Below are positions 58,534 to 64,000 of a stretch of 64,000 nt of DNA, piece by piece. The notes beneath the pieces were generated by a model, which ran no database searches, was not told the origin of the DNA, and saw nothing but the letters and a program-made list of their open reading frames with translations. Numbering within the stretch: the stretch's first letter is position 1; every line of letters starts with the position of its first letter. The DNA comes from an uncultured virus (IMG/VR IMGVR_UViG_3300025603_001562) (Duplodnaviria; Heunggongvirae; Uroviricota; Caudoviricetes), in the IMG/VR virus record IMGVR_UViG_3300025603_001562; one strand, given 5' to 3'. A program made the position numbers and the translations under genes.

Positions 58534-58976
58534 CTGAGCTGTCTTTTTATGTTTGATTTAAAATCTTCCGAAACGGTTTTAAGCTCACTTCTCATTAAGT
58601 CTAGCTCAGACGAGTTTGGGTCTCGCTTGATTAATTCGATATTGACGATGTCGTGTTTGCTTATTCTGTTTCTGCATATCATTCTAATTCCAATCACGGG
58701 AATAAAAAATCTAGCGTTTGGGTCCGCTATGGTGTCGACGATTAAATCCATCATAGTATCTGGGAAAACAGGCATAATTTCTAAGTTGTACTCTTTGCTT
58801 TTCAGCCTTACCGCTGTTTCTAAAATGCTATGATTAATTTGGTCGAACCGTCTTAGCTGTACATAATCGAACTCCCCTGAGTTGTTTTTTACTCCTTTAA
58901 TCCAAACTTGGAAATCTGCAAATGTCTTTACAGATTTCAACCGAGTTAGATTTACGATTGAATTACTTACTTTCAT
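58530..58976 (-). CDS. Hypothetical protein
   Basis: 148-aa ORF coupled within the operon. Confidence 0.6.
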   Translation of the reverse strand: MKVSNSIVNLTRLKSVKTFADFQVWIKGVKNNSGEFDYVQLRRFDQINHSILETAVRLKSKEYNLEIMPVFPDTMMDLIVDTIADPNARFFIPVIGIRMICRNRISKHDIVNIELIKRDPNSSELDLMRSELKTVSEDFKSNIKRQLR

Positions 58977-58978
58977 TA

Positions 58979-59671
58979 TTATGTTTGTTTTAGAGCGAAC
59001 CTTTTATTCTTTCTATCTTCAAAAGTTGTCTTATCAACATGAATAGGACCTTCGTTTTTCTGGTAAAGACCGTCCATTTTCCCAAATCCCCACGCCCAAT
59101 GCTGGTGCTCAATAATGACCATTGGTGAGTAGTGAACTTTATTTAGAGCCCTGGATACTTCCATGAATTCGTTATCACAATAAAGCGATACGTAAGATGG
59201 GTGGTATATGTACCCGAACCTATTATAGTATTTTTTTCCGAGTATGCAAAGTGTGTTCAGTTTATCTCCCTGGTGTCCGTCGTTAAAATGGAGCACGCCA
59301 TCAAAGTCTGGGAAATGTTTTTTGAAACCTTTTCGAATATGCATGTCATATCCTTGAATCTTTGGCATCATATCATCCGACACCAGCACCACGATATTCC
59401 AAGGTTCTTCGTGCTCTTGGATGTCTCTGTTGCAAGCGAATATTTTCCCTTTGGATTCTCCCACAACTGCGTTTAGATTCTTGTACTCCGATAATCTCTC
59501 TAACACCTCAGGGGTGTTTAATATTTCATCGTCGTGGTCAATCGAAATAAGGAATGTGAAATTTTTTTTGTCCACCATTAGACCGTAGTACTGGTCGAGT
59601 TTCTCGAAAAGTTTGCCTTTGCGCTCTCGCGCAGGAAACTTAAATAAGATATGTGCGTCTTTCCAACTCAT
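58979..59671 (-). CDS. GT2-like glycosyltransferase
   Basis: P.RER, GKIFACN, VSDDM, YCDNE, IEHQH. Confidence 0.78.
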   Translation of the reverse strand: MSWKDAHILFKFPARERKGKLFEKLDQYYGLMVDKKNFTFLISIDHDDEILNTPEVLERLSEYKNLNAVVGESKGKIFACNRDIQEHEEPWNIVVLVSDDMMPKIQGYDMHIRKGFKKHFPDFDGVLHFNDGHQGDKLNTLCILGKKYYNRFGYIYHPSYVSLYCDNEFMEVSRALNKVHYSPMVIIEHQHWAWGFGKMDGLYQKNEGPIHVDKTTFEDRKNKRFALKQT

Positions 59672-60480
59672 TCTACAGCTGCGTCTTTTTTACCTGTGAG
59701 CAATCGAAGTATGCCTATATCTTTATGAATCTCTTCCGTTTTTGAAATATCGAAAAAATGAAGCTTGTGACGTTCTCCTTTCATTAGCTGAATATTAGTG
59801 AGCATTTTTGTGAGAAAGGAAGTTTTTTCGTTTTGGTCTGGCTTCTGTGTGAACAAAACGCTTTTTTTTGGACACAGAGATTTATGTCGATGATAATTGC
59901 CGAACATTTGAAACCCTTCCTGAAGGTCCTCTCGTGTTGTAAACGGAATTGCTTTGATTATTTTGGCGATTTCCTTTTTACGGTAGATACTTCCAGCGAT
60001 GGAAAAAGGTTCATTGAAATCAACATAATGGACTGTCCAGTCATATTTAAGAAGCTTCCCCGACTTGCCTTCTGGCTTAAAAATGTTTTCAGCTCCTAAA
60101 GATGAGTTTTTCTTAATGTTCTCACCAAGTCTTGTGTGAATAGATAAGACCTCTTCATCTGAAAAAGTTTTGTCTAAGTCTGGAATAACAAAAGCGCGAT
60201 AGAACACATCTTCTGTTGTGCAAAGACAAACATAGTCTTGGTCTGTTCGCTCGTTGATGTCTTTCAGAAAAGCATCTTTGTAACTGTCTACTTTTACAAA
60301 GTCTAGTTTTTCGCTTTTGTATTCACGAAATATTAGCTCGTACATCAAGGAATAATCCGATGTAGAAGCTTTGTATATTATTGTAGTGGAGTAGTCTCCA
60401 ATTACGTTCTCCTTTAAGCTCTGGAGAAAGAGGCGTGTATTAAACGCGGAGTCCTCTGAGAGGGCAATAAATTTCAACAT
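59668..60480 (-). CDS. Degenerate GT-A-like protein
   Basis: LQSLKEN, CLCTTEDVFY, RLGENI, PFSIAGSIYR. Confidence 0.45.
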   Translation of the reverse strand: MLKFIALSEDSAFNTRLFLQSLKENVIGDYSTTIIYKASTSDYSLMYELIFREYKSEKLDFVKVDSYKDAFLKDINERTDQDYVCLCTTEDVFYRAFVIPDLDKTFSDEEVLSIHTRLGENIKKNSSLGAENIFKPEGKSGKLLKYDWTVHYVDFNEPFSIAGSIYRKKEIAKIIKAIPFTTREDLQEGFQMFGNYHRHKSLCPKKSVLFTQKPDQNEKTSFLTKMLTNIQLMKGERHKLHFFDISKTEEIHKDIGILRLLTGKKDAAVE

Positions 60481-60512
60481 TGTTTTCTGCTTGCCTGGCT
60501 GGCAATAAAAAC

Positions 60513-60833
60513 TTAGGAAATGTGCTCGTCGATTTTGTCACTTAACGCTTTTACTGTCTGCATGCCTATAAGAGAAGCTACGCTCTCTCCTTCTTTGATT
60601 AAGAACATCTGAGGAATACTTCTAACTTTGTACTCTTTTGCGAGCTCAGAGTTTTCGTCCACATTAATTTTAACAATGCGAATGCTATCATATTTATCAG
60701 CAACTTCATCAAGTACTGGACTAAGGGCTCTACAAGGCCCACACCAGTCTGCATAAAAATCTACAAGAACGAGGGTGTTTTCTTGGATTGTTTGTTTGAA
60801 TTCTGCGGTATCTGCATTTGCTACTTCTGCCAT
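60513..60833 (-). CDS. trxA: Thioredoxin
   Basis: DFYADWCGPC, VRSIP. Confidence 0.95.
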   Translation of the reverse strand: MAEVANADTAEFKQTIQENTLVLVDFYADWCGPCRALSPVLDEVADKYDSIRIVKINVDENSELAKEYKVRSIPQMFLIKEGESVASLIGMQTVKALSDKIDEHIS

Positions 60834-61053
60834 TTTGTTTGTGTTGTTGTAAGTGTTGTAATCGTAAATAAGATTATAATGCTAAAGTAACAAAATTCTT
60901 TTTCTATGCCTCAATCCGCGTCAACTAAAAAACCTCTATTCCACTTTTCCCAGCTATTTACTTACACAGCCAGAGTTTATATACCTCTAAGCTGGGTGGA
61001 AAGAGAAGCAAAATCAACTTTTTCTTAATATTTATTACAAAACACACACTTCG

Positions 61054-61437
61054 ATGTCTAAGAAATTAAGTCCGACGCTTGTACAGGAAGCTATCCTTGC
61101 AGAAGCAAAGGTAATCAAGAGAAAAAGAGAAATCTACACTCAGCTGCAAGCTTTGAATGAAGAGATTCAACAGCTCGATGAGCGTGGCATGGTAGGGACC
61201 TTCGGTTTTGAAGGAAACCCTAACGACCGAGTTCATACTTCAAAAACTGGGTTCGTAAACGACTTCCAAAACATTTCACACGTTGCCAGGTTGGCAGCTG
61301 AGTTTGCTGAGGCTGACGCAATAGATGAGTCAACCCAAGAAGAGAATACAAGGCTAAGAGCTAAGCTTGATGAACTGCAGGCTCAGTTGGATGAATCCAA
61401 CAAAGCAGTAAAAGCGGAGAAAGCAGAAAAAAACTAA
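61054..61437 (+). CDS. Putative prohead/internal protein
   Basis: Late motif at 61029; coiled coil; LNE, LDE, IDE motifs. Confidence 0.6.
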   Translation: MSKKLSPTLVQEAILAEAKVIKRKREIYTQLQALNEEIQQLDERGMVGTFGFEGNPNDRVHTSKTGFVNDFQNISHVARLAAEFAEADAIDESTQEENTRLRAKLDELQAQLDESNKAVKAEKAEKN

Positions 61438-61461
61438 GTAATCAATCCCGATAACACAATC

Positions 61462-62250
61462 ATGAAAAAAGTAATTGCAAAATTAACAAAAACAGAGCTT
61501 AATCAGTTGATTGCTGAAGAGTATGCAAACCTTAAGAAGGTAGTATCGCTTAAGGCAAAAAAGGAAGCTATCCAAAAAGAGATTAAGCAGCTAAAAGAGT
61601 CTTACGGGCTTAGTGAGGTTGAGGTTTCTGGTCACAAAGATAAAGGAGATGCCTATTTTATGAAAGGTCTTCCAGTTCAAAAATTCGAAAAGAAAGGGAC
61701 TCACTTGAAAGAGATGGACCTTGACGATGAAGAGATGGACACAGAGATGGACACAGAGATGGGTGCAGAAATGGGTGAAGAAGAATGTGGAGAAATCGAA
61801 AGCATGCTTCGCGACCTCGGTAGAAAGCTTGACGCACTAGTTGACGGAAATGAAACACCTGTTGATGCAGGCATGGAAGACATGGAAGACATGGGTGGAG
61901 ACGAAGAAGAGCTTGAAGTTGACATGGGTGGAGACGAAGAAGAGCTTGAAGTTGACGAGCAGTCACAAATACCAGTCGCAGGAGGCGATGATTCTTTTTC
62001 TGAGGAAGATATTGTTTCTGATGAAGATGACGAAGACACAATCGACGAACAAGACGGAGAAACTGTGGTTAACGCTGCAAAAGAAGACACCGTTAATGAT
62101 AACATGAGTAAAGTTGATAACAAGAACGCTGAGGCAGACAAACTCTACGAGGGAGCTGGTAAAGGCAGAGGTTCTAGACTTAATCCAAAAGGAAGTAGGG
62201 TTATCAACGAAGAGCTTCAAAGAATGCGAAAACTCGCAAATCTTATTTAA
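61462..62250 (+). CDS. Highly acidic scaffold/prohead-core-like protein
   Basis: KLTKTELNQLIAEE start, D/E/M-rich middle, INEELQRMRKLANL end. Confidence 0.65.
   Translation: MKKVIAKLTKTELNQLIAEEYANLKKVVSLKAKKEAIQKEIKQLKESYGLSEVEVSGHKDKGDAYFMKGLPVQKFEKKGTHLKEMDLDDEEMDTEMDTEMGAEMGEEECGEIESMLRDLGRKLDALVDGNETPVDAGMEDMEDMGGDEEELEVDMGGDEEELEVDEQSQIPVAGGDDSFSEEDIVSDEDDEDTIDEQDGETVVNAAKEDTVNDNMSKVDNKNAEADKLYEGAGKGRGSRLNPKGSRVINEELQRMRKLANLI
61888..61953 (+). repeat. Perfect 33-bp tandem duplication (DMGGDEEELEV x2)
   Basis: GACATGGGTGGAGACGAAGAAGAGCTTGAAGTT at 61888 and 61921. Confidence 0.95.
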
Positions 62251-62258
62251 TAATAACC

Positions 62259-62570
62259 ATGAAAAAACAGTTTCGGGATATACTGAGAGAGAGTCTACAA
62301 GAGCAGGCTATTTCTGCTAATTTCGACTCTAAGATAAGCGAAATTGATATTCTTATAGACGCTCATGAGCGTGCGCTTGAAAAGGCTGATAAGGATATGA
62401 ATACTGAGGACCAACCTGCACACAGTGAGGCTTTAAATCGTAGAATCTCGGAACTCGAAAAGCTTATTCCTTTATACGCTAGGAAGGAGCAGTTGATGAT
62501 TCAGACGCTTGATGCAAGCAGGGGAGAGGCAATTGACGCAGTTGACTATGGAGCAGCAGCGGCAGGATAG
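62259..62570 (+). CDS. Putative head-associated protein
   Basis: N-terminal FRDILRESLQE. Confidence 0.6.
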   Translation: MKKQFRDILRESLQEQAISANFDSKISEIDILIDAHERALEKADKDMNTEDQPAHSEALNRRISELEKLIPLYARKEQLMIQTLDASRGEAIDAVDYGAAAAG

Positions 62571-62589
62571 AACTCTCTTACATGGAAAC

Positions 62590-62624
62590 AAAAAAAAGGC
62601 AACCTTTACGGGTTGCCTTTTTTT
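62590..62624. terminator. Bidirectional intrinsic terminator
   Basis: A-tract, GGCAACCT-TTAC-GGGTTGCC, T-tract; between convergent genes. Confidence 0.9.
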
Positions 62625-62640
62625 GTTTGAACAAATTAAC

Positions 62641-62790
62641 TTAGGTCAACAGCTCTTTTCCATCATCAGTGATAATTTTTTCATCACTTCTTTCGACGAT
62701 GTCGTTGTTTCGTTTTACCTTTTTGGTTATCTTCTTTAGAGAACCAGACTCAATTTCTTCTGGATTTATAAGGTCTTTCTTGTCGCTCAT
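62641..62790 (-). CDS. 49-aa protein ending DGKELLT (below the ORF-track cutoff)
   Basis: MSDKKDLINPEEIESGSLKKITKKVKRNNDIVERSDEKIITDDGKELLT*. Confidence 0.65.
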   Translation of the reverse strand: MSDKKDLINPEEIESGSLKKITKKVKRNNDIVERSDEKIITDDGKELLT

Positions 62791-62796
62791 GATTGT

Positions 62797-63009
62797 TTAT
62801 GTTAATAGTTCTCTCCCGTCAAGGGTTTGAATTTTGTAATTTTTCTTCTCTTGTAACTCTGTTACGGAATGGGCCATTCCAAATGATTTCTCCTTCTGTT
62901 CCATCACTCTGTCTTCTTGACTCATTAATCCGTCATGAAGTGTTTTTGCCTTCTCAGCTTTTTCTGGTTGCTGTTGTCCAGCAAAACCATATGCACCTAA
63001 AATGTTCAT
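62797..63009 (-). CDS. 70-aa protein ending DGRELLT
   Basis: Late motif at 63023-63029; shares its C-terminus with the downstream ORF. Confidence 0.65.
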   Translation of the reverse strand: MNILGAYGFAGQQQPEKAEKAKTLHDGLMSQEDRVMEQKEKSFGMAHSVTELQEKKNYKIQTLDGRELLT

Positions 63010-63094
63010 GTTGTGTTTTCATGTAAATAGGCTGATTTTCACAAACATTACCTTATACCCGTTAGTCTCTACTTCTGTGCTTGCTGGGGCGGAG

Positions 63095-64000
63095 TTAGCT
63101 TTTTAATTCAAGTTTATACCTCTTCATAACATCTATTAGAATACCTGAGCGAACGATTTCATCTTCTGTGAATTGTATAAAACCAATTTTTGGAAGGCCT
63201 TGAAACCTATTAAAAGCATCGTCTAATCCTGAGCGCTGACCATTTCTTAGATAAAGGTCTGTTTGGTCTGTGTCTCCGATAATTATAAGCTTTGAACTTT
63301 CTCCTTTACGAGAAATCCAAAGCTTTAACCCAGCTACTGTTGTATTCTGCGCTTCATCAATTATTGCTACTGAATTTTCAAACGTTTCACCACGAAGATA
63401 TGCAAGAGGAACATATTTAACAACGTCATTCTGAATGAAGTCCTTTGTCTTTGTTGAGCCTACAAGTTTTTTAAAATTTCCCAAAAATGAGTCCATATAG
63501 GGGTCTATTTTTGAGTCTATGTCTCCAGGTAAGAACCCTATTGATTCGCCAGCTTCTACAATTGGTTTTGTGAGTATAATCTGGCTATATTCGTTGTCAA
63601 TTTTCAGTAATTCTAAAGCAGTTTTTAAACTAAGTAAGGTGTTGTGAGTAACATTATAATCTCTTGTCACATATAAATGTCTTGGGTGGTCTATGTGAAT
63701 ACAAACACACTCTTCTTCTCCTTGTTTTTCGACACCAGTAATATATTTTATTTTCATTCTTTTTTTATCAGAAAATAGTCCTGCTTTTCTTGATAACTTA
63801 AAAGGGTTAAGCGTTTCAAATAAAACAGTGACAACATAGCATATCTTTCCTTGCTTTTTTTCTCCAAATTTATCTGTAAAAAAGGGTTTTTTAGTTCTAA
63901 TTGAAGAAATACCACCAAGGCTTCTAATTAGCTCCATGACTTGACTAGCTAAAATTTGCGACGTGGTGTAATATTCAATAGAAGAGCCATTTTTAGGGAT
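63095..64000 (-). CDS. phoH: PhoH-like ATPase with intein (5' end outside the window)
   Basis: KPIVEAGESIGFLPG, LAYLRG, IIDEAQN, GDTDQTD, IVRS. Confidence 0.92.
   Translation of the reverse strand: MPKNGSSIEYYTTSQILASQVMELIRSLGGISSIRTKKPFFTDKFGEKKQGKICYVVTVLFETLNPFKLSRKAGLFSDKKRMKIKYITGVEKQGEEECVCIHIDHPRHLYVTRDYNVTHNTLLSLKTALELLKIDNEYSQIILTKPIVEAGESIGFLPGDIDSKIDPYMDSFLGNFKKLVGSTKTKDFIQNDVVKYVPLAYLRGETFENSVAIIDEAQNTTVAGLKLWISRKGESSKLIIIGDTDQTDLYLRNGQRSGLDDAFNRFQGLPKIGFIQFTEDEIVRSGILIDVMKRYKLELKS
63641..64000 (-). mobile_element. Intein (C-terminal part, LAGLIDADG-type) in PhoH
   Basis: Blocks F/G CVCIHIDHPRHLYVTRDYNVTHN followed by +1 Thr; upstream YYTTSQILASQVMELIRSLG is typical of the intein endonuclease. 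Confidence 0.9.

Noticed and set aside
61425..61462. A_AAA_AAC before the stop of 61054-61437 as a -1 frameshift site
   Set aside because: The -1 frame closes after about six codons and does not reach the next gene, which is in frame 0 behind a TAA.
61658..62220. Antisense ORFs (Ser-rich 146 aa and others)
   Set aside because: They are shadows of the low-complexity acidic gene on the plus strand.
1..64000. Stop-codon reassignment (TAG or TGA), as in some large Bacteroidota phages
   Set aside because: Long genes are intact in the standard code, TAG and TGA end coupled genes, and the breaks found are frameshifts rather than in-frame stops.
1..64000. CRISPR arrays, tRNA and rRNA genes
   Set aside because: No repeat-spacer arrays or cloverleaf-like sequences were seen in the short intergenic regions by eye; a tRNAscan run would be needed to be certain.

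Overview
This window looks like part of a large (jumbo-type) myovirus genome, probably infecting Bacteroidota. The evidence is T4-like baseplate genes, a gp55-like late sigma factor, TAnnTTTG host-type promoters and A-rich leaders without Shine-Dalgarno motifs; genes read in the standard code. From left to right it contains: a ~355-bp internally deleted IS200/IS605 (TnpB-type) element; a single-chain Mre11-Rad50 (SbcD-SbcC) fusion, a metallophosphoesterase and a RuvC-like resolvase; a ~31-kb baseplate/tail module (DUF3751-like paralogues, gp6, gp25, gp5/gpV-like spike, Calx-beta and DNRLRE-type proteins) interrupted by a free-standing endonuclease; a DNA methyltransferase and a degenerate CinA; a ~22-kb glycan-biosynthesis region (NeuB, NeuA, GT29-like, GT47, GT77-like, GT2/GT4, FdtA/FdtB, methyltransferases, PhyH); thioredoxin; acidic head-type proteins; and an intein-containing PhoH. 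The main hypothesis is a phage-encoded virion glycosylation (possibly sialylation) system, because seven structural proteins are strongly enriched in an [S/T]-[G/A]-x-T motif. Other highlights are a candidate -1 frameshift at A_AAA_AAG, late-promoter hairpins that bury start codons, and an endonuclease insertion that duplicated and recoded its host gene's start. All product calls come from motif recognition by eye; no searches were run.
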